Source: an uncultured Alphaproteobacteria bacterium (GTDB lineage Bacteria > Pseudomonadota > Alphaproteobacteria > RF32 > CAG-239). From it: 64,000 bases of DNA. Below are positions 22,612 through 31,303 of this stretch, piece by piece; position 1 is the first letter of the stretch; every line of letters begins with the position of its first letter. The notes under the pieces were generated by a model. That model was not told the origin of the DNA and did no database searches. It worked only from the letters and a program-made list of their open reading frames with translations. The DNA lies in NCBI GenBank assembly GCA_944391425.1, contig CALXTO010000006.1, positions 68 to 64,067 of the forward strand. Reading direction: 5' to 3'. A program made the translations under genes and the position numbers.

Positions 22612-23721
22612 ATGAAATTTTTGCCGCTTTTTTTTGCCGTTGCCTTGCTTCCCGGAATTGCCTGCGCCGGAGAATGGGAATTTGATGTTTCCGGGCACGT
22701 TCAGGGTTTATACGGTTATACGGATGTTGCCAAACGTTTTGAACATAAAGACAAAAATAACCATGGTGTCGGACAGGGCGACGTTAGTTTCAGTGCCGCA
22801 CGAGACTATGACAATGACTATCGTCTAAGCCTGCATCTGGATTTAATGGGAGGAATTGACCAGGAACTGGAAGATTATAATCAGGGGCGCTGGGGAGAAG
22901 AGGCCTATGCCATCGGCGACAGTCCTTATGGGCGCATAATGCTGGGACAGACTTTTAATGTTGCCGCTCAGTTTCATGACGGTGCGCCATCGGTCGGAGC
23001 GTTGGGTTCCAACAACGATGTTGTCGATTTTATCTCCAATCCGAACTGGAAACGCAACGGCAAAGTAACCAAATTTGCCACCTTAAATACAACCTATATC
23101 AATACAGACGGCGTCGCACCCAAAATCAGCTATATCAGCCCTTCTTTTTATAATACGGTTGTTGGTTTCAGTTATGTGCCGGATGCTTATAACCGCCGTG
23201 GACTGATTAACAACCATGCTTCATACGCGCATAAAGACGGTTATATTGCGGCTTTATACAGCGAACAAGATTTTCATTGGCTGACAGCCTCCCTGAGCGG
23301 AGGCTTTGCGCGTTTTCATGATAATGACAACGAATTCTCCGCTGCGCTGAAACTAAGCCGTGGTAATTGGAGCCTTGGTGGTGGTTGGCGCAAAACCTAT
23401 ATTGACGGAACGGATAAACAAAAGTCCCGCTCTACCGCTCTGCCGGAGTTTTTTGACGGTTACCGCGAAGGTGAAGCCTGGGATGTCGGCGTCGGCTATG
23501 AAGTCGGGCCGTACCATATGGCCTTGTCATATTTTGAATCCAAAGCCGAAAGGGCTGACAATAAAGATAAAATTTGGATATTTTCCAACCAATATCAATA
23601 TAATCAGTATTTAGACATTTATTTGGCAGCCGCTCATGTCGATTTTGAAGGAGACAGCCGAACCGTTGCCGACAATAATAAAGGATATGCTTTTGTGAGC
23701 GGATTAGGCGTTAACTTTTAA
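22612..23721 (+). CDS. Outer-membrane porin (Gram-negative general porin-like beta-barrel)
   Basis: 369 aa. Signal peptide, alternating beta-strand pattern rich in G/Y/D/N, and a C-terminal ...GLGVNF ending in Phe. Confidence 0.75.
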   Translation: MKFLPLFFAVALLPGIACAGEWEFDVSGHVQGLYGYTDVAKRFEHKDKNNHGVGQGDVSFSAARDYDNDYRLSLHLDLMGGIDQELEDYNQGRWGEEAYAIGDSPYGRIMLGQTFNVAAQFHDGAPSVGALGSNNDVVDFISNPNWKRNGKVTKFATLNTTYINTDGVAPKISYISPSFYNTVVGFSYVPDAYNRRGLINNHASYAHKDGYIAALYSEQDFHWLTASLSGGFARFHDNDNEFSAALKLSRGNWSLGGGWRKTYIDGTDKQKSRSTALPEFFDGYREGEAWDVGVGYEVGPYHMALSYFESKAERADNKDKIWIFSNQYQYNQYLDIYLAAAHVDFEGDSRTVADNNKGYAFVSGLGVNF

Positions 23722-23733
23722 AGGACTTGAACA

Positions 23734-24363
23734 ATGCCGAACGTTTTGTTTATTTCAAAAGATAAAGAATTTGCCGAAGATTTGGCAGATCAAATCAAAC
23801 ATCATGCCAAAGATTTTAACGTCATCAACAGTTTGGACGAAGGGCAGATTGCCGACATTATCCTGATTGACGAAGATGAAGATATTTTGCGGCAATATCA
23901 ACAACAAAACCTGAAAGCGCCGCTGTTTTTCATAACTTCTCATATGGAAGATGCGGAAAAAACACTCAACGTTAACCACCTAATTGGCAAGCCGTTCAGT
24001 CTGGATTATTTTTTGGACGAGTTGCAGGCCAGCATTCATATTTTTGAAAACAGCGAAAACGGCTATCTGATTTTTAATCGCTATATCGTTCGTCCGGTAA
24101 AAAAAGATATTTTCAACCAACGCAACGGCGAGTTGATCAAATTAACCGAAAAAGAAGTGGCCATAATAAAATATTTGTATAAAGCAAAAGATAAAATTGT
24201 CGGCAAAAATGAGCTTCTGCAGGAGGTTTGGGGGTATGCGCCGGATGTAACGACCCATACCATTGAAACGCATATTTATCGTTTACGCCAAAAAGTCGAG
24301 CATGACGACCCGGAAGCACAGCTGATTTTAACGGTTGACGGCGGCTACCGGCTCAAAGTCTGA
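23734..24363 (+). CDS. OmpR/PhoB-type winged-helix response regulator with atypical receiver domain
   Basis: 209 aa. The C-terminal trans_reg_C domain has LTEKEVAIIKYL...VWGY...T..IETHIYRLRQK. The receiver keeps the acceptor Asp (IILIDED), Thr/Ser (FITS) and Lys (GKPF). The N-terminal acidic pair is replaced: FISKDKE instead of VDDD. Confidence 0.8.
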   Translation: MPNVLFISKDKEFAEDLADQIKHHAKDFNVINSLDEGQIADIILIDEDEDILRQYQQQNLKAPLFFITSHMEDAEKTLNVNHLIGKPFSLDYFLDELQASIHIFENSENGYLIFNRYIVRPVKKDIFNQRNGELIKLTEKEVAIIKYLYKAKDKIVGKNELLQEVWGYAPDVTTHTIETHIYRLRQKVEHDDPEAQLILTVDGGYRLKV

Positions 24364-25159
24364 TTTCAGCCAACACCGGCACATGGTCGGAGGGGCGTTC
24401 CTGAGAACGCATTTTTTCAATAATCCGGCAGGATAAAATACGCTCTTTGAGAGGCTGCGTAACCCAGATGTGGTCCAGGCGGCGCCCTTTATTGTTGGTT
24501 TGCCAGTTTGGGTTGCGGTAGCTCCACCAGGAAAAAGCTTTTTGCGGTTCGGGATAAAAAAGCCGTACGGCATCAATAAAATTCAGCGAACGAAACAGCC
24601 GCGTCAGGCGTTCGACTTCAATCGGCGTATGCGAAACGATTTTTAAAAGCTGTTTATGGTTCCAGACGTCATTTTCGGACGGTGCGACGTTAAAATCGCC
24701 GCACAAAAGCATTTTGCGGGATGCAAGTTCTTTTTTATGTTGTTCGTAATATTCCGCAATATCGTCCATAAAGCATAATTTGTGCGCAAAAGAAAGATTG
24801 ACAATCGGATCGGGAATATCTCCGCCGGCCGGAATATAAATATTGTTGATTTCAATGTCGTCAAAAACCGAAACGGCAATATGACGGGCATCGTGTTTAC
24901 CGACCCAGTCGCGTTTCTCGGTGTTTTTAAAAGGGTATTTGGATAACACGGCCACGCCGTTATATCCGGGCATTCCGTAAAGAGCCACATATTCAAAACC
25001 TAAGGTTTTTACATCATCAAAAGGAAAGTCTTCTTCTTTTGCTTTGACTTCCTGCAGACAGATAATATCCGGATTTTCCATAGTGCAGAGTAAACGCAGT
25101 AACTCCATGCGAATTCGGATGGAGTTGACATTCCAGGTAATCAGTTTAAATGAGTCCAT
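24353..25159 (-). CDS. xthA: Exodeoxyribonuclease III
   Basis: 268 aa. ITWNVNS, CLQE, and a C-terminal SDHVPV, all characteristic of the EEP-fold Xth/APE family. Convergent 11-nt overlap with the regulator gene. Confidence 0.93.
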   Translation of the reverse strand: MDSFKLITWNVNSIRIRMELLRLLCTMENPDIICLQEVKAKEEDFPFDDVKTLGFEYVALYGMPGYNGVAVLSKYPFKNTEKRDWVGKHDARHIAVSVFDDIEINNIYIPAGGDIPDPIVNLSFAHKLCFMDDIAEYYEQHKKELASRKMLLCGDFNVAPSENDVWNHKQLLKIVSHTPIEVERLTRLFRSLNFIDAVRLFYPEPQKAFSWWSYRNPNWQTNNKGRRLDHIWVTQPLKERILSCRIIEKMRSQERPSDHVPVLAEIRL

Positions 25160-25162
25160 ATA

Positions 25163-25774
25163 CTATCTTTTCTTTTTGTAATTCAGCGGAGAAGCGCTCT
25201 TTTTCTTAAATTCAAAAATTTTGTCGGATAATTCAACATCCTTTTGGGCATCATACAGTGATACGGTAACTTCCACGCTTTGCGGGTCGACGATTTTCCA
25301 TTGTTTGAGTTCCATCGGATTGTTGGAAAATACCAGCGTGATCGGACCGAGATCTCCTTTTCCGGCATAGTCGAGCGTAATTGAAGTCGAACCGGAATCT
25401 TGGTAAAAATCGGCGATTTTAATGTTTTTACCGTCAATTTTAATGTCATTGGCCAAAATCAGACTGGCCGGAATGTCATCGTAGTCAATATGGGTAACCT
25501 GATCCAATTCCAAATCATTATAAACAATGAACTGGCCGTCGCCGACAATCAGCACATTGGTCGGGTCGGCATATTCCATGCGGATTTTATTGGGCTTTTT
25601 GATAAAAAGCCGCCCTTCCGCCGTAGCGCCGTTGCTGGCCATTTGTACAAACGTCGCCTCCAGGCTTTTGATGTTGTTGAGATAAGTTTCAATCTTTTGG
25701 ATGTTTTCGGGGCTTTGTGCCCTCGCATTAAAACCGCATAAACAGAAAACCATGCAAAAAAGCCATTTTTTCAT
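25163..25774 (-). CDS. lolA: Outer-membrane lipoprotein carrier protein LolA-like
   Basis: 203 aa. Signal peptide, then the F.Q......G.l%....k.Rm.Y pattern (ATFVQMASNG...GRLFIKKPNKIRMEY) typical of LolA. Confidence 0.8.
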   Translation of the reverse strand: MKKWLFCMVFCLCGFNARAQSPENIQKIETYLNNIKSLEATFVQMASNGATAEGRLFIKKPNKIRMEYADPTNVLIVGDGQFIVYNDLELDQVTHIDYDDIPASLILANDIKIDGKNIKIADFYQDSGSTSITLDYAGKGDLGPITLVFSNNPMELKQWKIVDPQSVEVTVSLYDAQKDVELSDKIFEFKKKSASPLNYKKKR

Positions 25775-25897
25775 CAGAGTTCCTTATCTTTTTTATTGCC
25801 CTGCATCTAATATAATCAATAAAACAAATTAGTAAATACAAACATGCCCCCTGTCAGCAAAAAGCGGCCAGGAGGCTGTTTTTATTCGGAGTAGGTC

Positions 25898-26068
25898 TTA
25901 GTAGTTTCTGGAGCAGCCGCAGCCGCCTGAAGATGATGAAGTCGAAGATTTTTCAGAAGACGACTTATTGGCGTTTTCTTTTTCTGAAGCGCTCATTTTT
26001 TTGCTTGATGACGCAGACGAAGCTGACATTTTGGCTGATGAGCCGTCTCTCATATCATTACATGACAT
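25898..26068 (-). CDS. Small Ser-rich hydrophilic peptide (56 aa) with C-terminal GGCGCSRNY
   Basis: The ATG at 26068 is preceded by AGGAG 8 nt upstream. The ORF-track start at 26095 is a TTG without an SD. Sequence: MSCNDMRDGSSAKMSASSASSSKKMSASEKENANKSSSEKSSTSSSSGGCGCSRNY. I recognise no family. Confidence 0.5.
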   Translation of the reverse strand: MSCNDMRDGSSAKMSASSASSSKKMSASEKENANKSSSEKSSTSSSSGGCGCSRNY

Positions 26069-26193
26069 TTTGTTTTCTCCTAAAATATTTGACAATTCCG
26101 CAGGTTTCCCCGCGGCATCTAAAAGGTATTCGCTGCGCCTTGCAAAAACAACGCATCCTAAACGAATAGATAAATAGCCTTTAGTTTAGAGCT

Positions 26194-27123
26194 TCAGCCG
26201 TTGCGTATTTTGAAGAAACCGTTTTCAAAACCCTGGATTTGAGGCTTGTCATCAGCCAGTTCCAAGCGTTTGAGTGCCAGTGCGACATATTCTTTTTCCC
26301 GCTCAATGCCGATAAAGCGGCGTCCCAGCTTTTTGGCCGTAACAGCCGTAGTTCCCGAGCCCAGAAAAGGATCAAAAACCACATCGCCTTTGCAGCTGGA
26401 AGCCAAAATCAGTTTGGCAATGAGTTTTTCGGGTTTTTGGGTCGGGTGCGGGGTATTTTCGGGCATGGACCAGAAAGGGATGGAAATATCCGTCCAGATG
26501 TTGGAAGGATGCGTCAGGCGGAATTTTTCTTTTCCGGCCGTTTGCCAGTCTTTGGGGTTTCCTTTGTTGTCGCGGTAGGGGGCCATGACCGGACGCTGAA
26601 TCTTTACTGCATCCAAATTAAATTTATATTCCTTGCTTTTGGTGAAGAACCAGATGTCTTCTAGACAGTTTTTCCAGTTGTTTTTGGAACCGCGGCCTTT
26701 TTCTCTCTCCCAGGAGATACGATTTTGCAAAATAAAATATTTTCCGGCAATTTCAGGGATGCAGATAGAAGTTTTCCAGTCTGAACAGATATAAATCGAA
26801 GCATTGTCTTTCAGCAGCCGTACGGTTTTTTTTAGCCAGGAATCAAACCATTTTTTATAAGCACTGAAGTCCATTTCCTTAAAAACGCTTTTGCCGAAAT
26901 TTTTGGTCAGGTTATACGGCGGATCGGCAATCATCAGATCAACGCAGGCATCGGGAAGTTTATCCATAATTTTGAGACAATCGCCGAGAATGACTCTGTT
27001 TTCCGCTTCCGGGAAACTTAGTTCGGCTTTCGGGCGTAGCGCTCCGGATACATATAGAGCCGTTTCCCTGGGAGACAGCTCTATCGTTTTGTTTCTGGGC
27101 GCTTTGGCTTTGTTGGGTTTCAA
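26194..27123 (-). CDS. Beta-class N6-adenine/N4-cytosine DNA methyltransferase (orphan, YhdJ/CcrM-like architecture)
   Basis: DPPYN (motif IV) precedes HPTQKP and FDPFLGSGTT (motif I), which is the beta-class order. I place the start at TTG 27123, with GGAGAA 7-8 nt upstream and 2 nt after the HPr stop. The longer ORF-track start at 27273 would overlap HPr by 148 nt. Confidence 0.85.
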   Translation of the reverse strand: MKPNKAKAPRNKTIELSPRETALYVSGALRPKAELSFPEAENRVILGDCLKIMDKLPDACVDLMIADPPYNLTKNFGKSVFKEMDFSAYKKWFDSWLKKTVRLLKDNASIYICSDWKTSICIPEIAGKYFILQNRISWEREKGRGSKNNWKNCLEDIWFFTKSKEYKFNLDAVKIQRPVMAPYRDNKGNPKDWQTAGKEKFRLTHPSNIWTDISIPFWSMPENTPHPTQKPEKLIAKLILASSCKGDVVFDPFLGSGTTAVTAKKLGRRFIGIEREKEYVALALKRLELADDKPQIQGFENGFFKIRNG

Positions 27124-27125
27124 GT

Positions 27126-27404
27126 TTATTCTTCTCCGAACTTGTTTTCCAGCAGTTTTTCCAAAGCATCCATGGCTTCCTGTGCCTGTCTGCCCGAAGT
27201 TTTGACCAGAATAGTCGTGCCTTTGGATGCCGCCAGCATCATCAGTCCCATAATCGAGCAACCGCTGACGCATTGGCCGATTCTTTCAACTTCGACTTCG
27301 GCGTCAAAAGGTTCGATCGTTTTTACAAAAGCGGCGGCGGCCCGGGCATGCAGTCCTTTTTTATTTTTGATTTCCAGTTCTTTGGACAGGCTTTCTTCAC
27401 TCAT
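27126..27404 (-). CDS. ptsH: HPr-family phosphocarrier protein (NPr/HPr)
   Basis: 92 aa. Active-site GLHARAAA (His15 equivalent), and CSIMGLMML retaining the Ser46 equivalent. Confidence 0.92.
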   Translation of the reverse strand: MSEESLSKELEIKNKKGLHARAAAAFVKTIEPFDAEVEVERIGQCVSGCSIMGLMMLAASKGTTILVKTSGRQAQEAMDALEKLLENKFGEE

Positions 27405-27407
27405 CGG

Positions 27408-27806
27408 TTATGCTCCCAACAGCTGCGATGCGACATTAATATATTTTTTCCCGGCCTCCTGCGCGCCTTCAACGGTTTCTTTCAGGTTTTTTTCTTTGCG
27501 CAGCGAGGCAATTTTGATCAACATCGGCAAATTGACGCCGGCAATAATTTCAACCTTTGCCCGATCCATAATGGAAATTGCCAGATTTGACGGGGTGCCG
27601 CCGAACATGTCTGTCAGGACAACCACGCCGGAACCGTCATTGACCTCTTCAACCTTTTTAAGAATTTCCGCCCGGCGCATTTCCATATCGTCTTCGGGGC
27701 CGATGCATACCGGAGCAACTTTTTCCTGTTTTCCGACCACATGCTGCATAGCCGAAATAAACTCATTCGCCAGATTCCCGTGCGTAACTAAAACCAAACC
27801 AATCAT
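27408..27806 (-). CDS. PTS EIIA component, mannose/fructose family
   Basis: 132 aa. MIGLVLVTHG N-terminus with the phosphorylatable His, and the DMFGGTP motif. Confidence 0.9.
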   Translation of the reverse strand: MIGLVLVTHGNLANEFISAMQHVVGKQEKVAPVCIGPEDDMEMRRAEILKKVEEVNDGSGVVVLTDMFGGTPSNLAISIMDRAKVEIIAGVNLPMLIKIASLRKEKNLKETVEGAQEAGKKYINVASQLLGA

Positions 27807-27821
27807 GATTGTTCCTTTTGT

Positions 27822-28244
27822 TTATTTCCCGGCCGAACCGCTGGACCAAATCTTAACGGCACCGAAACTTTTAAGCAGGTCATCTTTGCTTTTGGCTTTG
27901 ACCAGCTCATCTGCCCGGGTTTGTTTTCCTTCAAAAACAATGTCCTCAACATTGTCTACCGGTACGCCGTAAACACGTTCTACCATTTTTCCTTTGAGCT
28001 CGACAATCATCACAAATTCGGATTCTGCCAGCGGGGCAACCGTTTCTTCGTTAATGTTATCCAATCGGACGGCCAGACGGGCGTCCCTTTTCAGCAGAGC
28101 CGTTTTTTTGCCGTCGAATTCCAAAACCGGATTCTCAGGAGTACCGTCGCGGGCATCAATAAAGATAGCCAGTTCGCCGTATTTGTTTTCAATGATTTCG
28201 TAAAAATCCTGCTTTTCAATAAGCGTATAGTATTGTGTTTCCAT
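27822..28244 (-). CDS. Hypothetical protein in the position normally held by HprK
   Basis: The ATG at 28244 has GAGG 9 nt upstream (the ORF-track TTG start is at 28259). 140 aa, no P-loop, no recognisable motif. It is 15 nt upstream of the EIIA gene on the same strand. Confidence 0.55.
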   Translation of the reverse strand: METQYYTLIEKQDFYEIIENKYGELAIFIDARDGTPENPVLEFDGKKTALLKRDARLAVRLDNINEETVAPLAESEFVMIVELKGKMVERVYGVPVDNVEDIVFEGKQTRADELVKAKSKDDLLKSFGAVKIWSSGSAGK

Positions 28245-28321
28245 TCTGATGCGCCTCAAAGGGTTTAGTAAATATTAAACTTATGTTATTACAATAACAG
28301 CAATGTGTCAATTTTGAGTTA

Positions 28322-30073
28322 ATGAAAATGGAAAAAACCGCCCTTCGCTTCATCTGGCATTATGTCAAAATATTTAAGTGGTTTTTGCTGGGTATGCTGG
28401 CTTTGCTGATAATCGGACAAACTTGCCGCCAGTTTGCGCCTTATTATTTGTCGCGGATTTTTGAAGCCGTGTCCGTCTTTGATGATTCGCCGGGAGTTTG
28501 GCACAATATTTTGTTTTGTATTTTGATGGCCTTTGTTTTGCAGTTGGCGGGGCAAGTCATTCCCAACGCCGGTTTTTTGATGACGGCCGGGATGACGCCG
28601 CGTTTGAGGACATTGGTGATACGCGATACTTTTGACTATGTTAACCGGCATTCAATCGCTTATTTTAACGAGGAAATGGCCGGTAATATTTCCAATAAAG
28701 TCCAACAACTGCAAAGCAATACGTACGATTTGTTTCGCCATGCCATGGATGGGAGCTGGACCTTTTTTTATGTTGTTATCGGCCTGTTTGTTCTCAGCAT
28801 AACCAGCATATGGCTAGCACCGGCTTTCATCCTTTGGACCTTGTCCATGACGGCAATCGGTATGCGTATGGGCAAAAAACTGCATGCTTTGTCTAAAGAA
28901 TCCGGCAGTAAGCAAAGCTACGCAAACGGCATGATCGTCGATTCGATTGCTAACTACAGCGAAATTAAAAGCTTTGCCAATTTCCGTTTTGAACGGCTTA
29001 ATCTCCTTAAGGCATTGCGTATGCTGCGTCGGGCCGAAAGCAAAGAAGAATACGGCCGCGCAAAAGTGATTTTGGTCCTGCATGCATCGGTGGCTTTTTC
29101 AATTTTGTTCTTTTTGCTTTACAGCATTTGGCTCTTTTCCGAAAATTTGCTGAGTGCAGCCGATTTTATTTTTGTAAATACGCTTTTTACCACTATGGGT
29201 GGCGCCGTGTTTAATATCAGTTGGAATTATAACAACCTGATGCGGATTTTCGGACGTATCAACGCAGCTCTGGAAACTTTGGCTGTCGAGCCGGAAATTA
29301 AAGATTCTCCCCGTGCTGCAAAATTTCAGGCACGCAATGTCGGCATAAGTTTTGAAAATGTTTCTTTTGGCTATAAAAGCAGTCGTCAAATTTTTGCCGG
29401 TTTATCCATTGAAATAAAGCCGGGGGAAAAAATTGGACTGGTCGGAGCTTCCGGTGCCGGCAAATCGACTTTTATCAAACTTCTGTCACGTTATTTTGAC
29501 GTTTCTTCCGGAAACATCCGGCTCAACGGAACAGATATCCGCAGTATCACACAGGATTCGCTGCACCGGCATATTGCCGTCATCCCTCAGGATGTTTGTC
29601 TGTTTAACCGCAGCCTTTATGACAATATACGTTACGGCCGCACCAACGCTTCTGAAAAAGAGGTGATTGCCGCAGCCAAAAAAGCTTCGGCCGATGAGTT
29701 TATCAAAAAGCTGGCTGACGGCTATCAAACCCGTGTCGGCGATCGCGGCGTTATCCTTTCCGGCGGCGAACGCCAACGTATTGCCATAGCTCGGGCCATT
29801 CTCAAAAATGCACCGATTCTGATCTTCGATGAGGCAACTTCGGCATTGGACAGCGAAAGTGAAAAACATATCCAAAAGTCCCTCGGCGCGCTGATGGAAG
29901 GCAAAACGGTCATTGCCATTGCGCACCGCTTGTCCACATTGAGGGAAATGGATCGGATATTGGTTTTTGACAAAGGAAAAATCGTTGAAGAGGGAACTCA
30001 TTTAAGCTTGTTGCGCCAAAAAGGCGTTTATGCCCGGCTTTACAAAATGCAGGCAGACGGATTCGTCAACTGA
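28322..30073 (+). CDS. ABC exporter, fused permease/ATPase (MsbA/multidrug-type)
   Basis: 583 aa. Six-TM N-terminal half. Walker A GASGAGKST, signature LSGGERQRIAIARA, Walker B ILIFDEATSALD and H-loop AIAHRL. Confidence 0.92.
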   Translation: MKMEKTALRFIWHYVKIFKWFLLGMLALLIIGQTCRQFAPYYLSRIFEAVSVFDDSPGVWHNILFCILMAFVLQLAGQVIPNAGFLMTAGMTPRLRTLVIRDTFDYVNRHSIAYFNEEMAGNISNKVQQLQSNTYDLFRHAMDGSWTFFYVVIGLFVLSITSIWLAPAFILWTLSMTAIGMRMGKKLHALSKESGSKQSYANGMIVDSIANYSEIKSFANFRFERLNLLKALRMLRRAESKEEYGRAKVILVLHASVAFSILFFLLYSIWLFSENLLSAADFIFVNTLFTTMGGAVFNISWNYNNLMRIFGRINAALETLAVEPEIKDSPRAAKFQARNVGISFENVSFGYKSSRQIFAGLSIEIKPGEKIGLVGASGAGKSTFIKLLSRYFDVSSGNIRLNGTDIRSITQDSLHRHIAVIPQDVCLFNRSLYDNIRYGRTNASEKEVIAAAKKASADEFIKKLADGYQTRVGDRGVILSGGERQRIAIARAILKNAPILIFDEATSALDSESEKHIQKSLGALMEGKTVIAIAHRLSTLREMDRILVFDKGKIVEEGTHLSLLRQKGVYARLYKMQADGFVN

Positions 30074-31295
30074 CAACCGTGTTGTTTTCAACCCGTAAAA
30101 ACAACGCGTCCTCTTTCAGGGACAAAAACAACTCCGGATTAGTGGTTGTAATCCAGGCTTGAACTTCCAGTTCTTTTATTTTTTCCAGCAGAGCTTCTCT
30201 TTTGAGGTCGTCCAGATGTGCCACCACTTCGTCCAGCAGTAAAATCGGCGCAAATCCTTTATGCAGGGTTTGGCATTTGCTTTGCGCCAGAATAATGCTG
30301 ATGAGCAGAGATTTTTGTTCTCCCGTGGAGCACAAATCCGCCGGCATGCCTTTTTTGCGGTAATACACTTTAAAATCGGTACGGTTAACTCCGTCCACAT
30401 TATCGTTGTACAGCACATTGCGCCGTTGTTTGCACAATATCTGCCGATATTTATCTTCGGCTTCTACCGCCGGCATGGAATCCAGCATTTTTTCGACTGT
30501 TCCGTCCAGTTCCAGCCGTACACTGGGAAAAACGTCATCCGGTTCGTGTTCGATAAAAGTATTCAGGCGGGCGGTTTGCTCTCTTCTTGCCGCGGCAATG
30601 GCAACGCCGGTTGCCGCCATATTTTCCTCCAAGCTGGAAAGCCAGAAGTTATCCTGTTTTCCTTCCTTCAGCAAACGATACCATTCTTTGTAGAGGTGGT
30701 CGAAAGTTGCGGTGCGTTTGGCATGTTCCGTGTCAAACGCATAAACCAGCCGGTCCAGAAAATTCCGCCGCGGTTGGCTTCCGCCCCGAAACAGACGATC
30801 CATTTGTGGTGTTAGCCAGATAGCGGAAATGTATTTGCCGAGTTCGGTTTGGGAGGATACTTTGTTCCCGTCGATTTTGACGATTCTTCGTTCAAAGCTG
30901 CGCAATTCGTCATCTGCTTCGCCTGCCTCTCGCGCCGATTGTTCAACCGCCGTGCCGATGTTTATTAATTCTTCTCCTTTGCAGACCTCGGCGGCAATTG
31001 CCCAGTTCACGGGCGTGATAGCCGTCGGACCGTATTCGTCATGAATACATTGAGAGACGATTCGTTTAATGTCTGCCAGCCGTGCCCCGCGCAGGCCGCG
31101 TCCCGGCGTCAAAAAAGAAACAGCTTCCAGAATGTTGGTTTTGCCACTGCCGTTTTCGCCGCTGATAACAATCGGGCAAAGTTCCGCATTTATGCGCAAA
31201 AACTGATAATTCCTGAAGTCAGTTAAAGTCAGGCGCGTAACGCCTGACTTTTCTTTTGTAAACTGATCCAGACTATAAGCCAGATTGCTATCCAT
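30066..31295 (-). CDS. recF: DNA replication/repair protein RecF
   Basis: 409 aa. Walker A GENGSGKTNILEA, signature-like STGEQKSL and Walker B ILLLDEV. Follows dnaN. Confidence 0.93.
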   Translation of the reverse strand: MDSNLAYSLDQFTKEKSGVTRLTLTDFRNYQFLRINAELCPIVISGENGSGKTNILEAVSFLTPGRGLRGARLADIKRIVSQCIHDEYGPTAITPVNWAIAAEVCKGEELINIGTAVEQSAREAGEADDELRSFERRIVKIDGNKVSSQTELGKYISAIWLTPQMDRLFRGGSQPRRNFLDRLVYAFDTEHAKRTATFDHLYKEWYRLLKEGKQDNFWLSSLEENMAATGVAIAAARREQTARLNTFIEHEPDDVFPSVRLELDGTVEKMLDSMPAVEAEDKYRQILCKQRRNVLYNDNVDGVNRTDFKVYYRKKGMPADLCSTGEQKSLLISIILAQSKCQTLHKGFAPILLLDEVVAHLDDLKREALLEKIKELEVQAWITTTNPELFLSLKEDALFLRVENNTVVS

Positions 31296-31303
31296 TCCGC
31301 TTT

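Noticed and set aside
25898-26068. Calling the Ser-rich peptide a RiPP precursor outright
   Set aside because: No cyclodehydratase, radical-SAM, lanthipeptide synthetase, protease or exporter gene lies within several kb. The flanking genes are lolA and a DNA methyltransferase. It is reported only as an unexplained small gene.
27124-27273. N-terminal 50-aa extension of the methyltransferase ORF (ATG at 27273)
   Set aside because: It would overlap the HPr coding region by 148 nt, and the extension has no similarity to methyltransferase N-termini. A TTG with a good SD sits right after the HPr stop, so I trimmed the gene to 27123.
27142-27972. 276-aa ORF on the plus strand spanning the HPr/EIIA/hypothetical region
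   Set aside because: It is antisense to three confidently called minus-strand genes. Its Ser/Pro/Thr-rich low-information sequence marks it as a shadow ORF.
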